Source: a virus (Duplodnaviria; Caudoviricetes). From it: DNA of 31,029 nucleotides. Location: positions 1 to 31,029 of the IMG/VR virus record IMGVR_UViG_3300038406_000323. The stretch is one strand, 5' to 3'. Below, piece after piece: positions 8,025-17,511 of this stretch. The notes beneath the pieces are model-generated. The model worked only from the letters and a program-made list of their open reading frames with translations. It searched no databases and had not been told where the DNA came from. How positions within the stretch are numbered: position 1 is the first letter of the stretch; every line of letters starts with the position of its first letter. The position numbers and the translations under genes are program-made.

Positions 8025-9314
8025 ATGTCACAGGTGACCCAGAAGGCGTTGCAGGACAAGGCCCTGCAGTGCATCAGCCTGGCCCGGACCATCCGCGACC
8101 GGTGGCCGGACCCAACCAAGATCCCGGCCGAGGATGCGGCCAAGATGTCGACCCTGCTCACCGAGGCCACCAGGCTCAAGGGCCTGGCCGCGTTGGAACA
8201 CGAGCAGGACCAGATGGAGTCGTGGGGGCGGGAGCCGGACCGGATTCCGTCGGCGCTGGCCGCTGAGGCGGCGGTGGCCGCGGGTCAGGCCAGCAAGGAC
8301 GGTGTGGTCGGCTCCGGCTACGAAGAGGCGATGAAGCGGCGGAAGGTCGAACTGTTCGCCAAGGCCATCCGGCAGGGTGTCAAGGGCCAGCAGTGGGTGG
8401 ACGGGCTCGACACGGCCGAGAAGGCTGCCCTCATCGAGGATGCCACCGGAGAGATCATCGTCCCGCACGACCTGGCTGGCCCGATCTTCAAGACCCTGCC
8501 GCACCTGGGTGTGTTCCGCGGTTCCGGTCCGCTGATCCGGCAGACCACTTCCAACAAGGTGGACATCCGGTCGCTGACGGGTGCGACCGCCGGCTGGGGG
8601 CAGCTCGAGCTGACCGCGCCGGGGACTGTCGATGCGAACGTGGTCCCGAACACTCCGGTGGATGTGGTTCAGGTGCACGACCTGACCGCCATGTCGCGGA
8701 TCGGTGTCGACGAGCTCGCCGACACCGACGCGAACATCGTCGCGCTGATCCAGGACATCGTGGGTCAGAAGACGGCGGAGATGGAAGACGACGCGTTCGC
8801 CGCAGGCAACGGGGTGTCCAAGCCGTGGGGTCTGGCGGCCCGGGCCACGTCGGCCGCGAACCAGATCACCCAAGCCGTCACCGCCGACACCGATTCAACC
8901 CCAATCGGCGACGGGCTCAAGCAGCTGCAGTACCGGGTCCCGTCCCGGTTCCGCCGCAACGGCGCGTACTACGCCAGCAACGACGCCGCAGAGGCGATCG
9001 CGCTGCTCAAGGACGCCAACAGCAACTACCTGTGGCAGCCGTCGGCAAGGGCTGGTGAACCGGACACCCTGTTCGGGAAGAGGTTCTACAACCTGGAAGG
9101 CCTGCCGTCCATGGGCGCGTCCGCCGCGGCGGTCGACCCGTCGGTCATCTTCGGCGACCCGAACCTGGGTTACGTGATCGCAGACCGGCAGCGGATCACC
9201 GTGCAGCGTCTCGACGAGCGGTACGCCGAGCTCGGTCTGGTCGCGTTCCTGTTCCGGATGCGGGTCGGCGGCGACGTCATGAGGCCTGCGGCCTTCGCAA
9301 AGTACTTGCTCTAG
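8025..9314 (+). CDS. Major capsid protein (HK97 fold, N-terminal delta domain)
   Basis: GEIIVP, AGNGVSKPWGL, LKDANSNYLWQP, TLFGK, IFGD, RVGGDVMRPAAF; synteny. Confidence 0.96.
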   Translation: MSQVTQKALQDKALQCISLARTIRDRWPDPTKIPAEDAAKMSTLLTEATRLKGLAALEHEQDQMESWGREPDRIPSALAAEAAVAAGQASKDGVVGSGYEEAMKRRKVELFAKAIRQGVKGQQWVDGLDTAEKAALIEDATGEIIVPHDLAGPIFKTLPHLGVFRGSGPLIRQTTSNKVDIRSLTGATAGWGQLELTAPGTVDANVVPNTPVDVVQVHDLTAMSRIGVDELADTDANIVALIQDIVGQKTAEMEDDAFAAGNGVSKPWGLAARATSAANQITQAVTADTDSTPIGDGLKQLQYRVPSRFRRNGAYYASNDAAEAIALLKDANSNYLWQPSARAGEPDTLFGKRFYNLEGLPSMGASAAAVDPSVIFGDPNLGYVIADRQRITVQRLDERYAELGLVAFLFRMRVGGDVMRPAAFAKYLL

Positions 9315-9318
9315 TCGT

Positions 9319-9361
9319 CTGGCCCCGCCGGCTTGTCTCCCCGATGCGCCGGCGGGGCCGG
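9319..9361 (+). terminator. GC-rich stem-loop after capsid gene (terminator/attenuator or mRNA stabiliser)
   Basis: GGCCCCGCCGGC (9321-9332) and GCCGGCGGGGCC (9348-9359) form a perfect 12-bp stem; no U tract. Confidence 0.65.
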
Positions 9362-9399
9362 GCTCAACCGTCCGCAAGGGAGACACGGAAGGAAGCGTC

Positions 9400-9795
9400 A
9401 TGAAGATCCGAACTATCACACAGGTCAACAGCCGTTGGCTGGACGGGCGGACCTACGCCGCCGGCGAGGGCACCGTCACCGTGGTCGACGACGGTGACCG
9501 GGATGCGGTCGCGCACATGCAGCACCTGGCCGCCACCGGGCAGGTCCAGATCCTCGACGACGACCCGGAGCCGAAGCCTGAGCCGAAGCCTGACCCGGAC
9601 CCGGAGCCCAAGCAGGCCGAGATGGTCGACAAGATCGCCGACCCGGCGGAGGCCAAGGACGCCCAGATCGTCCCTGAGGATGACCTGGACGCGCTGCGTC
9701 GCATCGCCCAGAACCTCGGCGTCAAGGTGGACCGGCGCTGGGGTGTCGACCGGCTCCGGCAGGAGATCGCGGCCACCCAGGCGGTGACCGAGTGA
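9400..9795 (+). CDS. Small head-region protein with PEPK linker and C-terminal helix-extended-helix-like motif
   Basis: GGAAGGAAG RBS; PEPKPEPKPDPDPEPK repeat; C-terminal LRRIAQNLGVKVDRRWGVDRLRQEI. Confidence 0.7.
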   Translation: MKIRTITQVNSRWLDGRTYAAGEGTVTVVDDGDRDAVAHMQHLAATGQVQILDDDPEPKPEPKPDPDPEPKQAEMVDKIADPAEAKDAQIVPEDDLDALRRIAQNLGVKVDRRWGVDRLRQEIAATQAVTE

Positions 9796-11711
9796 AGGTC
9801 CTGTGGCATTCGGTAGCCCCGTGGGTAGGAAGTGGATACGGCCAGCAGACCGCCACCTTCGCCCCGCGGATCAAAGCGCTCGGCCACGACCTGGCGATCT
9901 CCGCCTACTACGGGCTGATGGGCGCCAAATTCAACTGGCAGGGCATCACCTGCTACCCGGCGTACGCCAAGAGCTACGGCGGGGATGTGATCGTCCCGCA
10001 TGCCGTGGACCACTTCGGCGGCGGGCCCGGCAAGAGCTTCCGCGAGGTCGCGAACTCGGGGCTGATCATCACCCTCGGCGATGTGTGGACGTTCAACGCC
10101 CCCCTGCTGGCGGACATGAACGTCGCCGCGTGGGTGCCCGTCGACCACGAACACGTCCCCCCGGCGGTCATCGACTGGTTCCAGACCATGGGTGCGATCC
10201 CGATCGCGATGTCCCGGTTCGGGGAGCAGGCGCTGTCCGACGCCGGCCTGAAACCGTTGTACGTCCCCCACGGCATCGACACCGCGGTGTTCCGACCTGG
10301 GGACAAGGCGGAGGCTCGCGCCCGGGTCGGCCTGCCCGAGGACGCGTTCGTGTTGGCGATGGTGGCCGCGAACGTGGGTAAGGACGGTTCGCGGAAGGCG
10401 TTCTACGAGCAGATCCTCGCCTTCGGGGAGCTCCGCCGCCGGCATCCGGACGCGGTGCTGGCCATCCACACCGACGTCACCTCCCCGTACGGGGTGGACA
10501 TCCGCCACCTGCTGTCCGACTTCCCAGAGTCGTCGTATCTGCTGACCGACCAGTACGCGTACAAGGTCGGGGTTCCGGCGTCGACGATCGCCGACATTTA
10601 CCGGGCCGCGGACGTGCTCACCAACTGTTCGTGGGGTGAGGGGTTCGGCGTTCCGATCGTTGAGGCGCAGGCGTGTGGAACGCCGGTGGTGGTCACGGAC
10701 ACCACCGCTATGCCGGAGTTGGTCGGCGCCGGGTGGAAGGTGCCCGGGGAGCCGATGTGGCATGACTCGCAGTCTGCGTGGGCGCGGCGCCCGTTCATAG
10801 CGGAGATCATCTCCGCGTATGAGCAGGCGTACGAGCATGCCCGTTCGGATGAGATGCGTGCTCAGGCGTGGGCGTTCGCGCAGTTCTACGACGCTGACCG
10901 GGTGTTGGCTGAGTATTGGCAGCCGGCGCTGAAGCAGTTGGAGGAGGCGTTGGGTCGTAGCGCCGAGGATGCCCGCCACACGCCGGCGGTTCCTGCGGTG
11001 CAGGTGCGGCAGGCTGATGGGCTGCTGTGGGTGGACCGCGGCGCCAAGTCTGAGGACTACCTGGCTCTTGGTGAGCACGAGTCCGAGTTGTGGCCGATCG
11101 TCGCCCCGCTGCTGCCGGCTGGTGGTGTGCTGCTGGACGTCGGTGCGCACGTCGGTCATTGGGCGCTGCGGCTGGCCGGCCGGGCCGGCCACGTTTATGC
11201 GGTGGAGCCGAACCCGGCCGCCGCGTCGGGGCTGCGCCGGAATGTGGCGCTCAATGACATCGGGAATGTGACCGTCCTGGAGTTCGCGGCGTGGGATGGG
11301 CACACCTGGCTAAGCCTGGACGATCCACACGGTAAGGAGTCCGGCGGGTCCACCCGGACCGTCCCAGCAGTGGGACCGATCGACGGTGCGGTGCCGGGCA
11401 AGCCGTTGGACGACACCCCGGTACTGCAGGACTTGGACCGGCTGGACCTGGTGAAGCTGGACGTGGAGGGCGCAGACCTGCACGCCCTACGGGGGATGGC
11501 CGTCCTGCTCGAACAGCACCGGCCGGTGCTGTTCGTTGAGTGTCACGACTACGCCGGGTACTACCAGCGGTCCGACCTGGAAGCGTTGCTGACCGAGCTC
11601 GGCTACGGGTGGGAGATCGCCTACACCTACCAGAGCCATTGGAGCCCGGACGGGCCACGTGACCAGCCGGCCGCCGCCGACTATCTGATCTGCCGGCCGG
11701 TGACGTCATGA
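9792..11711 (+). CDS. Glycosyltransferase (GT-B, GT4-like) fused to FkbM-family methyltransferase
   Basis: GT motifs GSGYG, VPHGID, EGFGVPIVEAQACGTPVV; FkbM motifs LDVGAHVG, VEPNP, LVKLDVEGAD, RPVLFVE. Confidence 0.92.
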   Translation: MKVLWHSVAPWVGSGYGQQTATFAPRIKALGHDLAISAYYGLMGAKFNWQGITCYPAYAKSYGGDVIVPHAVDHFGGGPGKSFREVANSGLIITLGDVWTFNAPLLADMNVAAWVPVDHEHVPPAVIDWFQTMGAIPIAMSRFGEQALSDAGLKPLYVPHGIDTAVFRPGDKAEARARVGLPEDAFVLAMVAANVGKDGSRKAFYEQILAFGELRRRHPDAVLAIHTDVTSPYGVDIRHLLSDFPESSYLLTDQYAYKVGVPASTIADIYRAADVLTNCSWGEGFGVPIVEAQACGTPVVVTDTTAMPELVGAGWKVPGEPMWHDSQSAWARRPFIAEIISAYEQAYEHARSDEMRAQAWAFAQFYDADRVLAEYWQPALKQLEEALGRSAEDARHTPAVPAVQVRQADGLLWVDRGAKSEDYLALGEHESELWPIVAPLLPAGGVLLDVGAHVGHWALRLAGRAGHVYAVEPNPAAASGLRRNVALNDIGNVTVLEFAAWDGHTWLSLDDPHGKESGGSTRTVPAVGPIDGAVPGKPLDDTPVLQDLDRLDLVKLDVEGADLHALRGMAVLLEQHRPVLFVECHDYAGYYQRSDLEALLTELGYGWEIAYTYQSHWSPDGPRDQPAAADYLICRPVTS

Positions 11712-12286
11712 CCCCGGATGAGATCGCCTCGGTGGCCTGCCACGAGCACCGCGCCTCCCAGAAACAGGACGAGTTGGCCGCCGCCGTGGAACTGGTCGCC
11801 GCGGTCGACCCGAAGACTCTCCTGGAGATCGGATGCGACCGCGGCGGCACGCTGTGGGCGTGGGGACAGGTTTGCCCGGAGGTGTACGGGATCACCCTGG
11901 CCGACAACTCGTACTCGACCGGCGGGTCCGGGCAGCCGCTGAACACCCACACCGCCATGGTGTACGTGGGGGACTCCCACGATCCGACCACGCTGGCGTG
12001 GCTGACCGGCCAGTTGTACGGGCGGCCGTTGGACGTGCTGGTCCTGGACGGGGACCATCTGTACCCGGGGATTCAGGCCGATTGGGAGTTGTACGGCCGG
12101 CTGGTCCGCCCGGGTGGGCTGATCCTGCTCCATGACATCTACAGTGCCGGGGATCTCCGGTGTGAGGTGTGGAAGTTCTGGCCGGGCAAGGTCAAGGCGT
12201 TGCCGCCGGATTGGGTGAGCGAAATCCGCTCGGCTGAGCCCACGGCCTACGGCTGGGGTGTCGTCACAGTGGGCGGTGGCCCGTGA
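11708..12286 (+). CDS. Class I SAM-dependent methyltransferase (Methyltransf_24-like)
   Basis: LEIGCDRGG, GDS, LDGDHLY, LVRPGGLILLHD. Confidence 0.88.
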   Translation: MTPDEIASVACHEHRASQKQDELAAAVELVAAVDPKTLLEIGCDRGGTLWAWGQVCPEVYGITLADNSYSTGGSGQPLNTHTAMVYVGDSHDPTTLAWLTGQLYGRPLDVLVLDGDHLYPGIQADWELYGRLVRPGGLILLHDIYSAGDLRCEVWKFWPGKVKALPPDWVSEIRSAEPTAYGWGVVTVGGGP

Positions 12287-13149
12287 ACCTGATCCGGGTC
12301 CTGGTCACCAGCCGCATCACCCTGTCCCACACGTTCTACTCCGGGGAGACCCCGACCGACGCGGTTGGACCGGTGACGGTGACCGTGAAACGGCTCGACG
12401 GGACCACCGTCACCTCCGGGGCGGCGACCAGCATGGGCTCCGGGGTATACGACTTTGAGCTGCTCGAGCAGGCGCAGGTGGACACGCTCACGGTGGACTG
12501 GTCGGGGCTGGTCGGCGGCGCCACCGTCGTGGTGCGGGACGTGGTGGAAGTCGTCGGCGGGTTCCTGTTCGGCCTGGTCGCGGCGCGGGAGGAGCTGCGG
12601 CTGCCCGCCAGTTTCGACACGGCCACCCTGGTAGCCAAACGGACCTCGGTCGAATACGAGGCTGAGGACATTGCCGGGGTGGCGTTCGTGCCCAGGTTCA
12701 AGCGGCGGCTGCTCGACGGAACTGGCACCCAGGAGTTGTGCGTGCCTGATGTGGAGTTGCGGGTGGTCCGCGCGGCCAGTGTCGCCCCCACCGCTGGTGG
12801 GACGTTCACCGCGCTCACGGTGGGTGAGTTGGCGGAGGTCGCCGCCCAGCCGGAGGGTGTGCTGGTCCGTGACGACGGATCGACCTGGCCGAAAGGGCAC
12901 CGCAACGTGATCGTCGAATACGAGCACGGGATGGACGTGCCTCCGGTGACAGTCCGGGACGCGGCGGTACTCCGGTTGCGGTCGAAGCTGTCTGAGACCC
13001 GTACCCAGATCCCCGACCGGGCCATCTCGTTCACGGTTGCCGAGGGTGGGGTGTACCGGCTGACGACTGCCGGCCGTCGGTCCACCGGCTACTCGGAGGT
13101 CGACGCCGCCTACCAGCGCTCCGGGTTCGAAAGGGTGTGGATCGCCTAA
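12283..13149 (+). CDS. Head-tail adaptor-like protein with extra N-terminal beta domain
   Basis: C-terminal part (AEDIAGVAF...WPKGHRNVIVEYEHG..VPPVTVRDAA...TGYSEVDAAY) resembles adaptor proteins; synteny. Confidence 0.7.
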   Translation: MNLIRVLVTSRITLSHTFYSGETPTDAVGPVTVTVKRLDGTTVTSGAATSMGSGVYDFELLEQAQVDTLTVDWSGLVGGATVVVRDVVEVVGGFLFGLVAAREELRLPASFDTATLVAKRTSVEYEAEDIAGVAFVPRFKRRLLDGTGTQELCVPDVELRVVRAASVAPTAGGTFTALTVGELAEVAAQPEGVLVRDDGSTWPKGHRNVIVEYEHGMDVPPVTVRDAAVLRLRSKLSETRTQIPDRAISFTVAEGGVYRLTTAGRRSTGYSEVDAAYQRSGFERVWIA

Positions 13150-13613
13150 TGACCACGAACGCGTATGCGGCGAAGCGGGCGATCATCGCCCGCCTGCAGG
13201 AGCGCGCCGCGGAGCCGGGCAATGCGCTGTCGACCCGGCAGGTGGCCTACTCGTGGCCGGGGCAGACCGCGGAGCTGGTGTGCGTGTACGGCGGCGGGAT
13301 CATCTTCGACCAGCCCGAGGAAGAGGCGGTGCAGTCGGGGCCGACCGACCGGCTGGCCAGGGAAACCGCCACGGTGATGCTGCACGTGCGCGTGGCGCAG
13401 TCCCCACCCGGCGAGGGTGGGATCGCCGACACGGATGAGTTGGCCGAGGCGATCGGCGGGGAGGTTGGCCGGCTGCTGCTGGCCGAGCCGAAACTGGCCG
13501 GTGGTGGCAGCGTCGCCCGGGTGGCCTCCGGGCAGGGCGACTACTCCCCGGTCGACGACCAGGCGGTGAGCATCCTGTCGTACCGGATCAGTGTCGACTC
13601 GTGGGTTCAGTAA
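13149..13613 (+). CDS. Neck/tail-completion (terminator-like) protein
   Basis: TAATG overlap with the previous stop; size and position. Confidence 0.65.
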   Translation: MTTNAYAAKRAIIARLQERAAEPGNALSTRQVAYSWPGQTAELVCVYGGGIIFDQPEEEAVQSGPTDRLARETATVMLHVRVAQSPPGEGGIADTDELAEAIGGEVGRLLLAEPKLAGGGSVARVASGQGDYSPVDDQAVSILSYRISVDSWVQ

Positions 13614-13623
13614 GGGAGAGATC

Positions 13624-13962
13624 GTGGCAACTTTCAACGTTCAGAGTGTGGTCCGCACCGGCAGCGGTGTGACCCCTACCTACAACGTCACCGACGTCGG
13701 CGGGGACAAGTTCTCCCCGGGCCCGCGGGTGTTCGTCCACGCGAAGAACACCAACGCGGCCGTGCGGATCGTCACCTTCGCGACGGCGGGGAAGCTGGCC
13801 GAGTTCGACGTGGCGGACATGACAGCCACCATCCCGGCAACCACCGGCGACAAGATCCTCGGCCCGTTCCCGGCGGACATCTTCGCCGGCACCGACGGGC
13901 TGGTGGCGATGACCTACGACGCTGTGACCGACCTGACGATCGCCGTCCTACAACTCCCGTAG
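13624..13962 (+). CDS. Small beta-rich virion protein
   Basis: AAGGGAG RBS before GTG 13624; lies within the structural operon. Confidence 0.7.
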   Translation: MATFNVQSVVRTGSGVTPTYNVTDVGGDKFSPGPRVFVHAKNTNAAVRIVTFATAGKLAEFDVADMTATIPATTGDKILGPFPADIFAGTDGLVAMTYDAVTDLTIAVLQLP

Positions 13963-13970
13963 GAGAACCG

Positions 13971-14153
13971 ATGCCTGCCAAGAAGCCTGCCACCAAACCG
14001 CCGCTGGAAGTTTCACCACCGGTGGGGGTGTACGAGGCGCTCGAGCCGTTGTTCGTAGCCGGGGTGCGCGCGCATAGCCCGGGCGACCGGGTGCTCGCCG
14101 AGCACGTCGACGTCTACGGCTGGCACGACAAGGTGAGGCGGGTCGATGAGTGA
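13971..14153 (+). CDS. Small hypothetical protein
   Basis: AGGAG RBS; overlaps the next start by 8 nt. Confidence 0.7.
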   Translation: MPAKKPATKPPLEVSPPVGVYEALEPLFVAGVRAHSPGDRVLAEHVDVYGWHDKVRRVDE

Positions 14154-14448
14154 CGTTCGGATCGTGTGGGACCGGGCCGCTCTGCGCGGGCTGGAAACCG
14201 ACCCTCAGGTGGTGGTGCATGTGGACCGGGCCGCGCAGGACATGGCCCGGGAGTTGTCCGCGGCGGCACCGCGGGATTCCGGTGAGGCGGCCGCGACGAT
14301 CGACGCCCGGGACTCCCGCGCAGCGGGGGCGGCGGACGTGGGCTGGGACGCCGACCACTTCTACCTGATTTTCCCCGAGTACGGCACCGACCGTCAGCCG
14401 CCGCAACGGTTTGCCCGCGACCTGCTCAACAGCTACGTGTTCATCTAG
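14146..14448 (+). CDS. HK97 gp10-like neck protein
   Basis: APRDSG and FPEYGTDRQPPQRF match the gp10-like AP.DTG...E.GT...P pattern. Confidence 0.8.
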   Translation: MSDVRIVWDRAALRGLETDPQVVVHVDRAAQDMARELSAAAPRDSGEAAATIDARDSRAAGAADVGWDADHFYLIFPEYGTDRQPPQRFARDLLNSYVFI

Positions 14449-14457
14449 GAGGATGAA

Positions 14458-14997
14458 ATGGGCAACCCGAATGCGATCAGCCTGGGCCCGGGGACGCTGC
14501 GGATCGCGGACCTCGGCTCCACCGAGCCGACCGACCTGACCACCGCATGGCCGGGGGCGTGGGTCGAGCTCGGCTACACGTTCGAGGGCAACCAGTGGTC
14601 CTACGAGCTCGCCGTCGAGCCGGTGGAGGTGGCCGAGGAGTTGGACCCGATCCGGTACGCCACCACCGGCCGGGTGATCAAGGTTGGTTTCACCCTGGCG
14701 GAGATCACCGCCACCAACCTCAAGCGGGCGCTGAACGGTGGAACCATCGTCACCGGCTCCGGGTTCGTCACCTATGAACCGCCGGCGTTCGCCACCGAAA
14801 CCCGCAAGATGTACGGGTGGGAGTCCGACGATGCGCAGGAGCGTTGGGTGTTCCGCCAGTGCCTGTCCGCCGGGACGGTGGAAACCAGCAGGCGTAAGGG
14901 CGCGGACAAGGCCGGTTTCCCGTTCGAGCTGAACTGTGAGAAGCCGGCCGGGGTGCAACCGTTCAAGACCATCTTCGCCTCACCGGCGAGGGCCTGA
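14458..14997 (+). CDS. Major tail (tube) protein
   Basis: AGGAGG RBS; ISLGPG...WVELGYT...FTLAEIT pattern; precedes chaperone and tape measure. Confidence 0.85.
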   Translation: MGNPNAISLGPGTLRIADLGSTEPTDLTTAWPGAWVELGYTFEGNQWSYELAVEPVEVAEELDPIRYATTGRVIKVGFTLAEITATNLKRALNGGTIVTGSGFVTYEPPAFATETRKMYGWESDDAQERWVFRQCLSAGTVETSRRKGADKAGFPFELNCEKPAGVQPFKTIFASPARA

Positions 14998-15479
14998 TGG
15001 GCCGCCGGTCCTACACCTCCAAGCCCACCGAGCCGGTCCAATTTGACTTGGATGGGGTGGGGTTTGTCGCTGCTGGCGGGGTGCACCTGTTAGAGCTGTG
15101 CGAGTTGGCCCGGGTTGCGGACCTTGACGCCGCCTCGGTCGATGGTGCCGCCGCGCTCGGCCAGTTCTTCCGCACTTTGCTCGGCTGCAAATGTGACGAC
15201 AACAAAACTGGGCATGAGCAGGGATGTGATTATGACCGGTTCCGGGTCCATTGCCGGCATCATTCCACTGACCCGGACACGTTGCTGCAGATCGTCTCCG
15301 ATGTCATGGAGGACGTGACCGACCGCCCTACGGGGCTGCCATCGGACTCTGCCAGTGGGCAGCCGACCACTGGCCGTACGTGGAGGGTTCACTCACCCGA
15401 TGGCACATGGCGGGAGGAAGTACTAACCCCGGAGCGGGAAGTGGAGCTGCGGGCGGCGGTGGACCGGGCGGCTGGCTGA
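14997..15479 (+). CDS. Tail assembly chaperone (G-like)
   Basis: Between tail tube and tape measure genes; low-complexity tail after DRPT. Confidence 0.75.
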   Translation: MGRRSYTSKPTEPVQFDLDGVGFVAAGGVHLLELCELARVADLDAASVDGAAALGQFFRTLLGCKCDDNKTGHEQGCDYDRFRVHCRHHSTDPDTLLQIVSDVMEDVTDRPTGLPSDSASGQPTTGRTWRVHSPDGTWREEVLTPEREVELRAAVDRAAG

Positions 15480-15673
15480 TGAGCCTGCCCGCCGCTCAGG
15501 GCCTGTCGGTGATCTACGTCCTCGCCGACGAATGGACATGGCGGCGGGGGGTGCTGCGGCTACTCGGCGCAGACGACCCGGCACCGTTGGACGCTGTGTT
15601 GGACCGGCCGGTACGCCGGACGGGGGATCGGGCACGTCAGGTCGAAGCGGCGGGAGGTGAGACGGTTGGCTAG
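15326..15673 (+). CDS. Tail assembly chaperone T portion (probable -1 frameshift product; alternative independent ATG at 15479)
   Basis: The -1 frame is open from the CGC-CCT-ACG site and reads PYGAAIGLCQWAADHWPYVEG...LSVIYVLADEW, ending at the tape measure start. Confidence 0.6.
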   Translation, partial: PYGAAIGLCQWAADHWPYVEGSLTRWHMAGGSTNPGAGSGAAGGGGPGGWLMSLPAAQGLSVIYVLADEWTWRRGVLRLLGADDPAPLDAVLDRPVRRTGDRARQVEAAGGETVG

Positions 15674-17510
15674 GCGTATCGGCGAAGCGTTCATCCGCGT
15701 CCGGCCGGACACCGCCCGGTTCGGTAAGGATGCCCAGCCTGGGGCGAAACGGGCTGGGCAGCAGGCCGGGAAGTCGTTCGGCAGCGGGTTCAGCGGAATC
15801 GTCAAGGGCGTTCTCGGCGCGGCCGTGGTCACCGCCGCCTTCCGGAAGGTCACGGGGTCAATCGTCGACTTCGCACAGGCCGCGGCTGAGGGTGCCCGGG
15901 TCGACCGGCTGACCAACCAGGTGCTCAAGACCACCGGTGGCGCGGCCAACGTCACCGCGAAGGAGATCACCAGCCTGGCTCATGCCATATCTCGCAAGTC
16001 AGGCATCGACGACGCGGCGATCCAGAGCGGGTCGAACATGCTCCTCACCTTCACCAGGATCCGCAACGAGGTGGGTAAGGGCAACGACATTTTCGACCAG
16101 GCTACTCAGACCGTGACCGACATGTCGGCCGCGCTCGGCACCGACATGAAGAAGCAGGCGATCCAGGTCGGGAAGGCGCTCAACGACCCGATCAAAGGGG
16201 TGTCCGCGCTTCAACGGGTCGGCGTCAGTTTCACTGCCTCCCAGAAGGAGCAGATCAAGGCTCTGGTCGAGTCCGGTGACGTGATGGGCGCCCAGAAGAT
16301 CGTTTTGAAGGAGTTGGCTACTGAGTTCGGTGGTGCCGCTGCGGCTGCGGCTACCCCGTGGCAGCGGTTCAAGACGTTGATCTCCCATGCGTTGGAGCCG
16401 CTTGAGCCGGTGATTTTGGCCACGATGGACAAGGTGTCGAAGGCTCTGCAGGACAAGATCATACCGGCGATCAACGACAAGATCATTCCGGCTTTGCGGA
16501 GGTTCGGCGCGTTCTTCTCCGCTGAGATCATGCCCAGGGTGCGCCAGGTTGCCGACACGTGGCTGCCCCGGCTGGGCGCCGCGTTCCGGAACGTGGCCGG
16601 GTTCCTGACCGGCACTGTGGTGCCGGCGCTGTCCACCCTGGCCGGGTTCATCTCCCGCAACCGCGACTTCTTCGTCCCGTTCGTGACCATATTGGGTGCA
16701 GCGCTGGTCGCGTTCAAGGCGTTCATGTTCATCCGCACAGTGATCGCCGCGGTGTGGGCGTTCAACGCTGCCCTGATCGCCAACCCGATCGGCCTGGTGA
16801 TCGTGGCGATCGCCGCACTGGCCGCCGGGTTGATCTACGCGTACAAGCATTCGGAGACGTTCCGCAAGGTGGTCGACACAGCGTTCCGGGTGATCGTGGC
16901 CGTGGCCAGGTGGTGGTTTGAGAACGTGGTCAAACGCTACATCGCCGGTGTGGTGATCGCGTTCAAGTTCGTCATCGAGTGGGCGAAGAAGCTGTGGCGC
17001 GGGGTGCAACTGTACTTCGGGTTCTGGCGTGGGCTGCTGTCCGCGGTGGTCGGCTGGGTCGTAGGGGTAAAGAACCGGATCGTCGCCAACTTCACCGCCG
17101 TCGTCAACTTCGTGAAAGGACTACCTGCCCGGGTCCGGTCGGCCGCCAGCGGCCTGTTCGACGGGATCCGCAGCGCGTTCCGGTCAGCACTAAACTGGAT
17201 CATCGACAAGTGGAACAGCCTAGGGTTCACCCTTCCTGTGATCGAATTCCTGGGTAAGACGATCGGGGGGCAGACGTTCCGGGTTCCCCAGATACCCCGC
17301 TTCCACTCCGGCGGGATCGTGCCTGGCATCGGCGACCAACTGATCGTGGCAAGACCTGGTGAGGGTGTGTTCACCCGGGACCAGATGGCCGCGCTGGCAC
17401 CGGCCGGTACTGCTGGGGTGACCGTGGAAAACATGACCATTCAAGCATGGTCGGACAGGTTCAGCCTCCGTCAGGTTCGGGACGAGCTCGCCCTGCACGG
17501 GGTGGTGTGA
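15666..17510 (+). CDS. Tape measure protein (short, ~614 aa)
   Basis: GGAGG RBS before TTG 15666; IGEAFIRVRPD N-terminus, GKALNDPIKG, ANPIGLVI, Trp/Phe periodicity, FHSGGIV near the C-terminus. Confidence 0.93.
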   Translation: MARRIGEAFIRVRPDTARFGKDAQPGAKRAGQQAGKSFGSGFSGIVKGVLGAAVVTAAFRKVTGSIVDFAQAAAEGARVDRLTNQVLKTTGGAANVTAKEITSLAHAISRKSGIDDAAIQSGSNMLLTFTRIRNEVGKGNDIFDQATQTVTDMSAALGTDMKKQAIQVGKALNDPIKGVSALQRVGVSFTASQKEQIKALVESGDVMGAQKIVLKELATEFGGAAAAAATPWQRFKTLISHALEPLEPVILATMDKVSKALQDKIIPAINDKIIPALRRFGAFFSAEIMPRVRQVADTWLPRLGAAFRNVAGFLTGTVVPALSTLAGFISRNRDFFVPFVTILGAALVAFKAFMFIRTVIAAVWAFNAALIANPIGLVIVAIAALAAGLIYAYKHSETFRKVVDTAFRVIVAVARWWFENVVKRYIAGVVIAFKFVIEWAKKLWRGVQLYFGFWRGLLSAVVGWVVGVKNRIVANFTAVVNFVKGLPARVRSAASGLFDGIRSAFRSALNWIIDKWNSLGFTLPVIEFLGKTIGGQTFRVPQIPRFHSGGIVPGIGDQLIVARPGEGVFTRDQMAALAPAGTAGVTVENMTIQAWSDRFSLRQVRDELALHGVV

Positions 17511-17511
17511 T

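Noticed and set aside
9565-9612. Hexamer tandem repeat as a contingency locus or array
   Set aside because: In-frame degenerate codons for a PEPK/PD linker; no phase-variation potential.
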